Origin: Mobula hypostoma
Taxonomy: Eukaryota
Assembly (NCBI RefSeq): GCF_963921235.1
Contig: NC_086115.1
Location: 12,400,001 to 12,464,000 of the forward strand
Direction of reading: 5' to 3'
Length of the DNA stretch: 64,000 bases
The first letter of the stretch is position 1, and each line of letters begins with the position of its first letter. Positions 24,400 through 38,969 of the stretch are shown here, piece after piece. A model generated the notes under the pieces. It searched no databases. It saw nothing but the letters and a program-made list of their open reading frames with translations, and had not been told where the DNA came from. The translations under genes and the position numbers were made by a program.

Positions 24400-25882
24400 C
24401 TTTCTCTCTCCCCCTACCTCCCTCCCTTCTCCCCTTCACTCTGCCCTCTCCTCTTCCCCCCCTCACCCCCTCTTTCCCTCATCCCTCTCCCCTTCACTCT
24501 CCACTCACCCTACCCCTCCTCACCCCTCTTCCTCTTACCTCCCTCCCCCTCCACTTCACTCCACCCTCCTCCCCTCCTCACCCTCTCCTTCCCCCTACCC
24601 CCTCCTTCCCCTCCCCTCCACCCCCTCCTCCTCTTCCTCCTCCTCCCCCTTCCCCACTCCCCCTCCCCTTCTCCTCCCCTTTCCTTCACCTTTCTCCCTC
24701 CTTCCCCTCACCCTACCCCTCCTTGCCCTTCCCCCTCCTCCACCTCTTTCCCTCACCCTAACCCTCCTCACCCTTCCCCCTCCTGTCACAAGGAGGTAGC
24801 TAGTAACGGACCCAAGTGCAAGACACAGACACTGAAGTATAGGGACAGGACTAGGATACAGGGCAAGGGCAAGGACATGGACAGGAAAACCAGGAACCTG
24901 GAACAGGACTGGGCAAGAGAGCTAGGAGCCCGGGCTTGGACACTGAGCCACAGACTGGACAAGGACCCAGAACCTGGGTCTTGCCTCTGGCTCGGACCCC
25001 AGAACTAGGCAAGGACGAGGCCTGGCAGGAGGCTGGAGTCTTCAGGCTTGAGGCTAGAGACTAGAGGCGAGGCTTGGCAGGAGGCAGGGGCTGGAGTCTT
25101 CAGGCTTGAGGCTAGAGACTAGAGGCGAGGCTTGGCAGGAGGCAGAGACTTGAGGCAAGGCTTGGCAGGAGGCAGCACTCCTGGGCAGGGTGCGGATCAC
25201 CACCCGACGGAGGCAAGGGACAGAAAGGGACAGAACCAACCGCAGGTAACGGCAATACAGCCTGGCTTACCCAACGGAGGCAAGGGACAGGAAGGGACAG
25301 AACCAACCACAGGTAACGGCATTACAGCCTGGCTTACCCATCGGAGGCAAGGGACAGGAATGGAGCTAGGTATGGGGTGGCTCCAGGACAAGACTGAAGG
25401 CGAGACGAGGCGAGAGTTACCAGCAAGACCAGGCAGGGCTTCAGGCAAGGAAACAGAAGGCAGAGGAAGGGATACAAGGAGTAAGGACAAGAACAATCCA
25501 GCAGCCACGGCCTGGTCTCTTAAAGTATTTATGCAGCCAGCCCCAACGAGCATCAGCTGGCTCAATTGGAGCTCAACAAGAACAGAAACAGGGTAGACAG
25601 GAAAACCTGGAGCAAGGGTCGATGGACCGGACCGTGAACTGGAATATGGACTTCACGGACTGGGCCATGACACCTCCTCCCTCCTCTTTCCCTCACCCTA
25701 CCCCTCTCACCCTTCCCCCTCCTCGCCCCCTCTTTCCCTCATCCCCCTCCCCTTCACTCTCCCCTCACCCTACCCCTCCTCGCCCCCTCTTCCCCCTACC
25801 TTCCTCTCTTCACTCCCCCCTCCCCTCCACACCCCACCCTCCTCCTCACACACCCCCTCCTGCTCCTCCTCACCCCCCCCCA
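24400..25882. repeat. CT-rich low-complexity tract split by the solo LTR
   Basis: Polypyrimidine tracts at 24400-24783 and 25673-25882. Confidence 0.85.
24784..25672 (-). mobile_element. Solo LTR (889 bp)
   Basis: TGTCA...TGACA termini, 5-bp TSD cctcc, internal tandem repeats. Confidence 0.8.
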
Positions 25883-26277
25883 ACATGACAAGTTTTACAC
25901 TGTACTTCGATATTTGTGACAATGATAATCTGGACTTCCCCCGACATTCCCATAACCTGTGTTACCCACAACAGCCCTTGGCTTCCCACCTGTACCTGCT
26001 CTGACCAGCTCGGCAGGGGAGACAATCGCTGGAGACACGAGGTTGCAGAATGCGGAGCAACGCGCAATCTGTTGGAGAAATCCGGCCGCTGGAACGGCCG
26101 AGCTCCTCCAGCCGATCTCATGGGGCAAGTCCCCCACGAGTTGGCCATTTCGGCTCGGTTCGGTTCTGACGAGTTCCATTGACCTGAAAACATACACTGT
26201 TTCTCCCACCGTAGACACTGAGCATCCCCAGCACCTCACGTTTTTATTTCACGTTTCCAACATCGCCAGCTTTATTT

Positions 26278-26481
26278 TAAACACAAGAGATTCTGCAGAT
26301 GCTGGAAATCCTGAGCAACAAATACAGCACGCTGGAGGAACTCTGCAGGTCAGACAGCGTCCATGGAGAGGACGAAATCGTCGAGTCCGGATGAAGGGTC
26401 TCGGCCCTGAACGTCGACTGTTTTCCTTCTCCGCGGATGCTGCCTGACCTGCTGAGTTCTTCCAACATTTTGTGTTCGTTG
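26278..26481. mobile_element. Mini palindromic Penelope-derived element
   Basis: Inverted copies of the PLE terminus, with the tail on the left arm only. TSD cagctttattt / cagatttattt. Degenerate hammerhead. Confidence 0.75.
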
Positions 26482-26513
26482 CAGATTTATTTGCTTTGCC
26501 TTTCTGGCCGTAC

Positions 26514-26593
26514 CTTTCCTGGCAGGACAGTCCGTTGAGGTTGAAGGACAGGCTGGAAACGGGGGAGAAAGGCGGGTCCCCCAAGAAAGACAT
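26514..26593 (-). CDS. cdc25: CDC25-family phosphatase (cdc25d-like), coding exon 1
   Basis: MSFLGDPPFSPVSSLSFNLNGLSCQE resembles the CDC25 N-terminal SPV(T/S)xL motif. There is an in-frame stop upstream of the ATG. Donor AAG|GTACGG is phase 2 and joins exon 2 in frame (S-DTPKRR). Confidence 0.75.
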
Positions 26594-27293
26594 GGATTCT
26601 GTACCGCCTCTTCACTTCACACAATGCTCAGCCGGGAAGCCACCTGGAAGCCCATCCGAGTGTGTGTAAATCAAAAGGACAACAGCGTGAAACGATGCTA
26701 TCAAACCTAATCGCAGCTGGGATGCAGCTTTGCTGTGCCCAGTTCCCGAACTGCGGCGGGGGAAGTATTTTTAAGAGGGTGACGCATCCCCTGTGGTTGC
26801 TAGTGTCCCAGACCCAGCGTCGCAGCAAGCGGTTGTCAAGGACGCAGTTTTGATCCCACCTATTGTACAGTGTCCTCTCACGGGAGACGCACAAGGGCGC
26901 AATTTTTACGCGAGTTATAGATTGCAATTGCAAAAATAAAATCCCCAAGGACGATGCATTTACCCGGGCAATGAAAGCAAATTTTAATTACATTTTCAAA
27001 GGAATGAAAATTGACTGGACGGGGTACAAACCGAATCCGCTTTTAGTCCTAGTCGCTGGAAATCCAAACAACAAACACAAAATGTTGGAGAAACTTAGGA
27101 GGTCAAGCAGCATCTATGGAAAAGAGTAAACTGTCGACGTTTCGGGACATGACCCTTCTTCAGGAGTGACAAGGATGTCAGAATAAAAAGGTGGGGGGAA
27201 GGGAAATAGGCTGACTGGAAGGTGACATCCTCTATTCGATGAGATCTTTCCCAGTCTGAGCCAAAGACGTTGGCTGTCCATCTCCCGCCATAG

Positions 27294-28620
<1,327 letters not shown>

Positions 28621-31433
28621 TCTCCCTCCAGGTCGAGACCCTGATTCAGGACTGGACACTCATTTGAAGGGTACCGACTAAGACGCTCCCTGAGCCGCTG
28701 AGTAATTGCATGGGCCGACCCCGAACGCTGGAGGAGCTCAGCGGATCTATGGAGGCAGATGAGAATTCGCAGCATCTTCATCTAGAAATATAGGGGTGTG
28801 TAGTCCTGGTACATGGTCTTTAACTGAAGTGTCAACCGGCCTCGATGTTGCCTAACCTGCTGAGGTCCCCGTCAGCTCTTTTTTTTGCTTGAGATTCCAG
28901 CATCTGCTTGAGCATTTAATTCTTACCTTCCTCTGCCTGAGGTGATGTGTCCCAAATTCAATGGCTGGTTTCCATGAGTTTCACTATCAGTTTACTAGAC
29001 TGGCGTTGTAGGAGGATCAGTAGAAGTTATTCCAAAGTGGCCTCCCAGGGTTTAACAGGGAGTTTGTGTTCTTGAGAGCCCATGGTGTGCAATTACGGCT
29101 GGGAGGTTGCATGTAAATAAGTTTCTTTCAAGACTGGTTCTCGTGAATCTAATATTTGTGGTAACTTGTCTGTACGTCCGGGTGTTTGTAACTTGGAAAG
29201 GGCCAGAATATTAGAATTAAGGTCAGTAATTGGAACTGAATGGGAATTCTATGTAGTTTATTGGATGATGAGTGTGTCTGATTCATTGTTAGACCAAAAT
29301 AGATGCTACATCAGCTTAATCTAGTAAGGCATGGGACTTATTTAATAACCTGACATGATTCTTTGGTTCAAATTATGAGGACTGAGGTTCTTGTGTTTGT
29401 AATAATTCAGCAGGCTGAAGTAAAAATACAAAACCAACATGAGGTGGGCGGGAAACTCAGCACCCTTTAACATACTGCAAGATCAATCTAACCCCTAAGA
29501 AATTCTCAGCCTCAAAATGTTGACTGTTCACTCTTTTCCTCAGATGCTGCCTGACCTGCTGAGTTCCTCCAGCATTTTGCACGTGTTACTTTGGATTTCC
29601 AGCATCTGCAGACTTCCTTGCATTGGTCAATCTAACCCATCTCTCCCACATAGCCCTCCATTTTTCTTTCACCCATGTATCTACCTAATAGTTTCTTAAA
29701 TGCCTTAATGTATCTGCCTGTACCACCAGTCCTGGTAGCGAATTCCACACACTCACCACCCTCTGTTTAAAAAAAACTTCTGACAGCCCCCCCCCGCCGT
29801 ACTTTCCTTCATTCAGCTTAAATTTATACCCCCTCGTATTTTAATGTAGAGTCTTTGACCTGATGCTGCTTGACCTGAGTGCTGTCTGATATTGTCTGTT
29901 TTCATTCCAACATCTGCTGTTTTATTTTTACTGTGTCTGGGGTTAGGAAAATGAGATGAAGAGAGGTGCTGTCCTGTGATCCTGTTTTTGATTAAGTGTA
30001 AATCAATTGCAAATGCAAGATGCCAGTGAGCACGCTGTTCCATGTGTGGGGTACTAGTTTGCTCCATCTTCACTGAGTAATCCAGTCTAACACCATACTG
30101 TCTTGTGACCTTCAGTTTCACAAGTTTCTGATCAAGTGCAGGGCCTGAATCAGCTGTGATGTGCTTTTGTGGGTAAGGTGTCCAGTGAGTTCTCTTTTCT
30201 GTGTCTGGGACACTAATGTGATCTGTTCAGACTGATAAAAGCTGGCACACAACAGACAACATTGTGCACATTCTTAGGATATACTCAACTCTTTCAGCTG
30301 TTTTGTCTGCTTTAGAATGCTAGAAATCCTGATAAGGATGAAAGAGCACGTATACAACAATTAGTCACTGAAGTAACCTAAGCCATGATCTGAACTAATC
30401 TTGAATAGCAATCTCTGAAAATTGCTCCAACCCCCCTCTCTCTTCCTGCAGAATGACCAACCACAGTGCCTTTTTAAATTCTACAAACACCCAGCTCTAC
30501 CTCAGTCTCAGGTTCTTGTCCAAATTTGACACAAATTACCTCAGCTAAGAATAACCCTGTGAATTAGTGCCATCACCAAGTTGCTTCTCCTGTTCTGCAT
30601 TGCTGTCTCATTTGGATTCCACTCTACTGTCCCAGTTACCGAGGGCACATTTCCATGCAATAAAATCAATGAAATATTTTACCAAGGTCGATATGATTTG
30701 CAGATTGGAATCCATTATATAAAAGTGGTAGAAGGAGATTCAATTAAAAAAAACTAAAGGGAATCAGATTTTTAAAGGAAAAAGTAGGACTAATTGATTT
30801 TTGAAGAGCCTGTGTAGGTACATTCGAGTGAATTGTCTTTTGCTGTGTCATTCTGCTGATATATTACTTATCATATTGATTAGCTTCATCTGATGGTGCT
30901 ACTTAATGAGCTTGATACCCATTTTGTTTGTTCCCTCTGTACACAAGATTATGTGTCATGGGCATATGGTCATCTGAGGCTAAGTATCTGTTCTCTTTCC
31001 CCTGGCCCAGCATTGCGTCCTGAATATGACTACGCCTTGGCCTTTGCTGTAATAGAACTCAACTGTATTCCAAGATATTTATGTTTATTTTATAATTTAC
31101 AGTAATTTTATATCTTTGCACTGCTTAAGCTGGTGACAATTGATTATCACTATGGTGATCCATAGTTGGAATTTCCTACCAGTTTTGATTTCACTTTCAA
31201 ACCTGCCTTATACATGAACTTAGTGAGTGGGGCACATTTTTGGAACAGCTCCAGGTTTAGATGGAACGTGAAATCAATCTCAACTTTGTTTCCCGAATTC
31301 ACTTTGCATTTTCCATCCATTGCACTGAAGCCTGGGGCACTTCGGTAGAGATTACTAACAGCTGAAAGCTTCTGCTGTTGTGACACACTTCCTAGTACTA
31401 CAAGCTGTTTTATATTGGTGGTTGGAAATGTCT

Positions 31434-31476
31434 CATCACCATCACCATCACCATCATCATCATCATCATCATCATC
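31434..31476. repeat. (CAY)n microsatellite
   Basis: Run of CAT/CAC trinucleotides. Confidence 0.9.
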
Positions 31477-32598
31477 AGCATTGTGTGCCTTGTGGTATGA
31501 CGTGGGCAGTCATGGTCTATGACTATGATTGTTCTTGGCAAATTTACATAAGTGGTTTGCCATTGCCTCCTTTTGTTCAGTGACTGTAGGCCGCTGGGTC
31601 AGTCTGCCCCGGTCAGCAATTAAAAAGAGTAACCAGAAGCTAGAAACACATATAACGTGAACTGCAGGGTCCAATCTGCAAACTGCGTCTATTAAACCTT
31701 GCCCAAGTCCTAAGACTCAGGCAGCGTTGATCGAGACAGTATAGATGAGACAAAAGTCCAACTGAAATACAGCGCAAGGGTGGGGTGAATGTGAAAGAAA
31801 TAACTTTACATCCAATTTCCTCTCCCTAAGGTGGCAAAATGAACGTTGTTAATTCACGTTTAAAAAGTCATCATAATTCTGTGAATGTAAATTCTGACCG
31901 AGATTCATTTTATTAAGAGACAGATTTGGGATTGATGATGTATCCCAGAGAACATGTAAATAATGGCTAGTTTAATTTGAATGAATGAGCATGAATGGGT
32001 TGTCTTTTGGAATTCCTGTTTTCTGTGCTATTCCAGAGAGTACATGTCACTGTGTGGCAAGAACGCTGCCTCATTACAGTTTTTGGGTGAAACTTAAAAT
32101 CCTAACTGCAATCAGTCATTCACTTGTTTGATCTTGTGACTGTGGTAGCCTCTTCTACAGCACACAAAAGATTCAAAGAACTTTATTGTCATTCTAACCG
32201 TACATCAGCTCTGCAGGGCAGAATGAGACAGTGTTTCCCAGGAGCAGTGCAATCATAACATAACAAACGCAACACTAAATAATAAACATAACAATAAATA
32301 GTAAAACACAACAGCCACATGTCAGTTAAAATCAAGTTATAAGTGTCCAGTGCAAGTTAAAAGTGTCCAAAGCAGAGTTGGGTAGAGCAGCTATTTAGCA
32401 GTCTGACTGCCTGTGGGAGGAAGCTGTTTAGTAGCCTTGTGGTTTTAGTTTTGATGCTCCTGTAACGTTTGCCTGATGGCAGAAGAACAAACAGAGGGTA
32501 TGAGGGGTCTTTAATGATGTACTGTGGCTATACCTGATCCACTAAATTGGCATTAATCATGATCAGTGAACCTTTCTTCAGTGGTCGGCAAATTTTTC

Positions 32599-32889
32599 TT
32601 TTTTTCATTTTTTTTTGGCGTGTGCCTGCATCTGCGTGCGTGCGTCCGTGATGTCTTTTTCATGGCTTTTACAAGGCGCGGAGCGAGAGAGAGAGACTGT
32701 GTGGGGCGTCACTCCTCACACAGATATTTTCGCAGTAGTTTCCCTTTAGTTTACAAGGTCGAGTTGCGGTCTCGACACTCAACCCGGCACGGATGGAAAG
32801 CGTACTCGGGAGCGGACCCGACTAGTTTCGAACCCGGGAACCTCCGCTCCCGGGTCCGGCACCGATGTCATTGTGCCACCAGCCAGCCC
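32599..32889 (-). mobile_element. tRNA-derived SINE
   Basis: B box gggttcgaaac, A-rich tail, perfect 16-bp TSD ggtcggcaaatttttc (32583-32598 and 32890-32905). Confidence 0.82.
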
Positions 32890-32905
32890 GGTCGGCAAAT
32901 TTTTC

Positions 32906-33620
32906 AAGGAGATTCTTTGAGACAAGATTTATAAGCTTTTAGAGAAACAGTCTGATTAGGGATAGTTAGTATCGGTTTGTGAGGGGCAGGTCATGCCTCA
33001 TGAACCTGATTGAAGATGTGACAAAGCATTGATGAAGGTGGAGCAATTGATGTGTTGGATATGGATTTTAGTAAGGCATTTGATAAAGTTCCCCATGGTA
33101 GGCTGTAACTCTGTTTAGACCATACTTGGAATATTGTTTTCAATTCTGGTTGCCTTTTTATAGAAAGGATGTAGAAACTTTAGAGAGAGGGCAGAGGAGA
33201 TTTACCAGAATGCTGCCCGGATTAGAAGGCATGTCTTATGAAGATAGGGCGAGCAAAGGCTTTTCTCTTTACAGTGAAGGAGGGTGAGAGGTGACTTGAT
33301 AGAGGTGTAGAAGACAATAAGAGGCATAGATTAAGTACGAGAGACGTTTTCCAGTGCAGAAATGGCCAATACAAGGGGCATAATTTTAAAGTGATTAGAG
33401 GGAAGTATGGAGGAGATGTCAGAGGTAATTTTTCACACAGGGGGTGGTGCGTGCTTGGAACGCCATGTTTGAGGTGGTGGTAGAGGAAGATATATTAGGG
33501 ATATTTAAACTCTGGATGATAGAAAAATGGAGGGCTATGTAGGAGGGAAGGTTTAGATTAATCTTTGAGCGGCTTAAAGGTTGCCACTGCATTATGGGTC
33601 AAAGCCCTGTACTATGCTGT
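32906..33620 (+). mobile_element. CR1-type LINE fragments
   Basis: MDFSKAFDKVPH RT motif and a CR1 3' end. Confidence 0.7.
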
Positions 33621-33700
33621 AATATCACTTTAGAAAGTAGAGTGGTAGTATTGCCTTTTCTGATGGGAAGCATTTCTGGGCTGATCCTGCTGCTTATTGA

Positions 33701-34015
<315 letters not shown>

Positions 34016-34256
34016 TAGCTTATGTGCATTTTCTATTCTGCTTTATTTTTGATTTTTATGTCCTTCCCTTGTAGAGCAGCTCAATGCTAGTGGCAATTCC
34101 TGTCCCAAAAGTGCACAGTCATTACCTTGATAAACCATTACAGATGGCCTGCAGGTATTTGATTTTATAGGCAGCGGTGTCCAGCCTAAGCCGTCATCTA
34201 ATCACTTAAGACCAACCTGAATTGATTTCACTGGCTCCTTGCTCATATTCTCAGTT

Positions 34257-35540
34257 CAGATTGAGTACCCTTTTTCTGAAATTCCAAAATCCAAAAACCT
34301 CTGTGCACCACAGACAGTTCTGAGAAGTGACTTCACATACGTGATGAACAGAAATTATTGAAGATAGAAAACACTGCATGAAGTGAAAAATGAAGATCTT
34401 GATTGTATATTGAAAGAGTGGATTTGTCAGCTTCGGAGTGATCATATGGCACTTTACAGTATGCTGATCATGAAACAAGCAAAGATCTATCACCACAAAC
34501 TGAAAATTGAAGGTAATTGTAAATATTCAGCAAGCTGTTTACAGAAATTTAAAAGGCACAGCATTGAATTTTTAAAGATTTGTGATAAAGCATCTGCTGA
34601 TCATGAAACAGCTTAGGAATTCATTTACCAAGATCATCATTGATGAAAGTCTAACATGCTGAGTGGCTGCATCAGTACATATGTGTGACGAACAAGTGTA
34701 AGGCAAAGACTGCTTACCAGGAGCACAGATGTTCAGAGCTTAAATGACGGCAATCTCGAGCTATCTCATTATATATTCCAATATCAGAAAAAATCTGAAA
34801 TCCAGAGCACTTCTGCCCCAAGTGTTTTGGATTAGGGTATGTAGCCCCCGGTAAGCCTCAGGCTCACTCAACTCGCTTTCGTCTAGGGGGAGCAGCCTTC
34901 GGCCCCGCCAGACTGGGTAATCAAGTTTGTGTGGGTGCTGTGTGATGTACCCCACAGCCCCAGATAACAGACAGTACCCCATATGCGATTAAATGATTAC
35001 ACTTTATAGATATTACAGGAACTATGTAATTAATAGAGATAAAATATAAAAGGAAAGTAAAAGGTGCCAAACTTATCAAAGTTCAACTACTTCGTGCACA
35101 ACAGTTGGAGCTCAAGTAACGGAGTCTTCTTTCCCCCATTCGATCCCCTCCGAACCCCTCGACCCACCACCTGGGACCAACCACGGTGGTCGACCAGATG
35201 ATCCACACGAGTCTGTCTTCGTCTGCTCTCCTCGCCGAAGACCCTGGGCCTCGGACTCCCGCTCGGGGTCCGTTCCATCGGCCAGTTTACAGCATCACGT
35301 CCACTCTCTCTGTCTCCATCACGCCTTCTGCCCCAAAGCCCGCGCATCACAGTAGCTTACAGACACACAAGAAAGAATAACATCTATCTCAATTGGTTAG
35401 CAAATGAATACAACTCTCTTTATAATCCAAACAAGCTGCTAGAGAGAGAACTTTCTCAGCAGTTAACATATCAAAGAAGCCATTTTGATTAGCCTACGCA
35501 GTAACATAAAAGAAGAAACCCCTTACAGTTACTCAACCAG
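34257..35540 (+). mobile_element. Tigger/pogo transposon relic
   Basis: CENP-B-like HTH remnant (NEDLDCILKEWICQLRS). TIR cagattgagtaccct pairs with the split right end agggta|ctcaaccag. Confidence 0.7.
34840..35527 (-). mobile_element. Solo LTR (688 bp) nested in the Tigger TIR
   Basis: TGTA...TACA termini, 4-bp TSD ggta/gtta. Confidence 0.72.
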
Positions 35541-36785
35541 TACCGTTCTGGTTGAGATTACAAGTGTCTAGTGCAGATCCTTGAAGGCTGGTTGTCTCTA
35601 CATCAGGACAACACTAAATTGATTGCAGCACACAAAAATTCTGAGGAACTCAGCAGGTCAGGCAGCATCTATGGAGAGGAATAAACAGTTGATGTTCCGG
35701 CCTGAGACCCTTCTTCACAACTCCCGATTCAGAGTACTGGAGGAAAGATGGCACTGGTGAGGTGCAGCAGCATTTTCCAGGCAGCAAACAAAACTACAAA
35801 CATTCTACTAATTACACTTTTTCTTGTCTATGATCACTGCAGTCCGCAGCCTGTAATTTCCCTCTGGGAGTCGTTTTTTTTGGCTGTCTGTACATCCTGG
35901 TGTTTTTGTGGTATTCTGTAGGATTTGGCAAATTGAGCTCTTGAGAATGCAAGTATGGCCATGGTGGCCATTGCTGGAGCGAATTTGGATCCGGATTGAA
36001 ATTTTGGGCTGGATTGAAATGATGGGACCCAGGCTTGAGAGCAAAAAATGAATTGATGTTTAGCCAATTGAAGCACCAAGCCAGATTTAAAAGATCAAGG
36101 CATCAAGGCAGAGGGCAAAGGACAAATCACTGTTTGGCTCACTACTCCAGGAGGCTTTACTCGCCTCACCACTGAACTGACTTGCAGCTTTGGCCCACAG
36201 CCATCAGGCTCCTGTACCGGCTGCAGCACTGAACCCGCTCTGCGGCTGTGGCCTCCAGCCATCGTGGCTCCATGGTTGTGGACTCACTTTCAGGAACACT
36301 GGTTCTTGTTTTGTGCGTTATTTGCTTACTTTATTTTTATTGCTTGCAGGATTTGTTCTTTTTTCTCCCACATTGGATGTATGCCAGTCCTTGTGTTTTG
36401 TTTGTGTTTTATTGTGTTCTTTGTTTTGTGATTGCTCGCAAGAAGATAAATCTCAAGGCTGTATATGTGTTTTATATATAAGTGTTTTGTTTTAGGGCTG
36501 TTACCATTTCTATTGCACAACATGTTGAATTGTCTTTTGGTGCTTCTGGTAACATTCATAGGACCATATGACAATATTTTGTACACTGCAGCCAATTTTC
36601 TCTCAAACTCCTAGAAATATCAATAAAGTTAGTGTAACATGGCTATCTTAGCAACTTTTTGTCCTCATTGCAGAAGGTACACAAACAAAATGTCATTGGT
36701 TATGTAGCAAGTTTGCATCTGTTGAAAGAATCTAATAGAACAGGTTTGATACCTAGGAATACAGAATTAATGCAGGAGGCTTTGA

Positions 36786-37079
<294 letters not shown>

Positions 37080-38600
37080 TAATAATAGCATTTGATCATG
37101 TTGGTTGCTCCTTTTGCACTAAATCATACGATTATTCTACTTAATTGTGATATGGGCTAAACATAGGAAAATGAGACCAGCTCAGGTAGGCACCTTGATT
37201 GCTGATGATGGATTGGGCCGAAGGGCCTGTTTCTGTGCTGTATGATGCTGTGACTGTGTTTAACTTTTTACTCACGTGACCTCCCCTCCAAGAGGACCAC
37301 AACCTTGTCATGCCTCAGCGACCTGGAGAGCTATGTTGGCTGGAGTCAGGGCCTTGTACTTTTGCTCTTTGTAGGGTCACTCATGCCAAACAGATCAAAG
37401 GATATAGGCCGGACTAAGAGTGGTCCACTGGTCCTCCAGGTTTGGGGGTTCAGCTCAGGGCTAACAACCATGACTGGTCAGAAAACAGTTGTTAAGAAAA
37501 CAGCAATAAAGAATCCTTCTATACAAGCAGAGATAAAGGATCTTCATTGCTGCCTTAAATGCCAGCAGCATAATGGGCAGTAAGTAAGCAAGTCACATGA
37601 CTTTTGATAGCAGAATGTCAATTCTAAGACAATATATTGTTCCAAGCATCCACCCATCCTCAGTGCTAGTCGGTTTGCGTTGGTTCCAGTTCCATCAAAT
37701 TTTGGTTTTTAATGTTTAATTCAATCTCTAGCTCAGCAATCTGAGATTCACCTCTTTGAGATTATTGTCTATTTCCAATCTTGGTTGCTGTGTCAGTAAC
37801 AGTCATGTGAGTAAATAGTCAGCCCTCTTTTGTAAATCTTGCCTCTCCAAAATAATCTTTTCAAGGCTTATTGTTAATCAGGAGAAAGAAGCTGTGACAA
37901 GTATAACGCTTCAGTTCTGGTGTAATTTTTTTCCCCTTAAGTTCAAGTTCAAAGTTCTAAGTAAATTTATTATCAAGTGCATGTAACGTCACCATGTACT
38001 ACTGTAGTGGTTATTTTAAAACAAACCAAAACCACTAAGAGATGAGCCAGGGTACTCGATACTGATGCAATTCCAAATACCGAACTTTCAAATCAAAAAA
38101 GGTACGTTTGATCTTTTATTACAAAATCAACAAAGATGAATGATCTTGTAACAAAAAAACTTAACAAATCTAATTAGTGATATAATGGTCTAACTTGCAG
38201 TCTAATAGTGTTCCAATTAGCGGTAAAAAAATACCCATTCTATGTGGCTGAACTCCTCTCCACTAGACTAAACCAAACAACAAACTAACCAACGAGAAAA
38301 CGTAACTACCTGTATACTCATTTACTTCTACCATGCCCTAACCCATAATAAACACACCACAAACTGCAATACGGACAGAAAATAAATGCATGGCTCTAAT
38401 GGACAGAAATTAAATAGTACCGTGAGATTCATTTTTCTTGCCGGCATTCACAGTAACTACAAAGAAACATAAGAGAGTCAGTGAATAACCTCATACGACA
38501 AAGATGGACAAACCAATGTGCAGAGGACACCAAACTGCAAGTACAAAAAGAGGGGGAAAAAAAACAATAATAATAACTAAATAAGCAATAAATAACATAA

Positions 38601-38969
<369 letters not shown>

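Noticed and set aside
24369-24761. Proline-rich ORFs (also 576-1236 and 25622-25888)
   Set aside because: Low-complexity CT/GA tracts.
31380-31583. Poly-histidine ORF
   Set aside because: Translation of a (CAY)n microsatellite in an intron.
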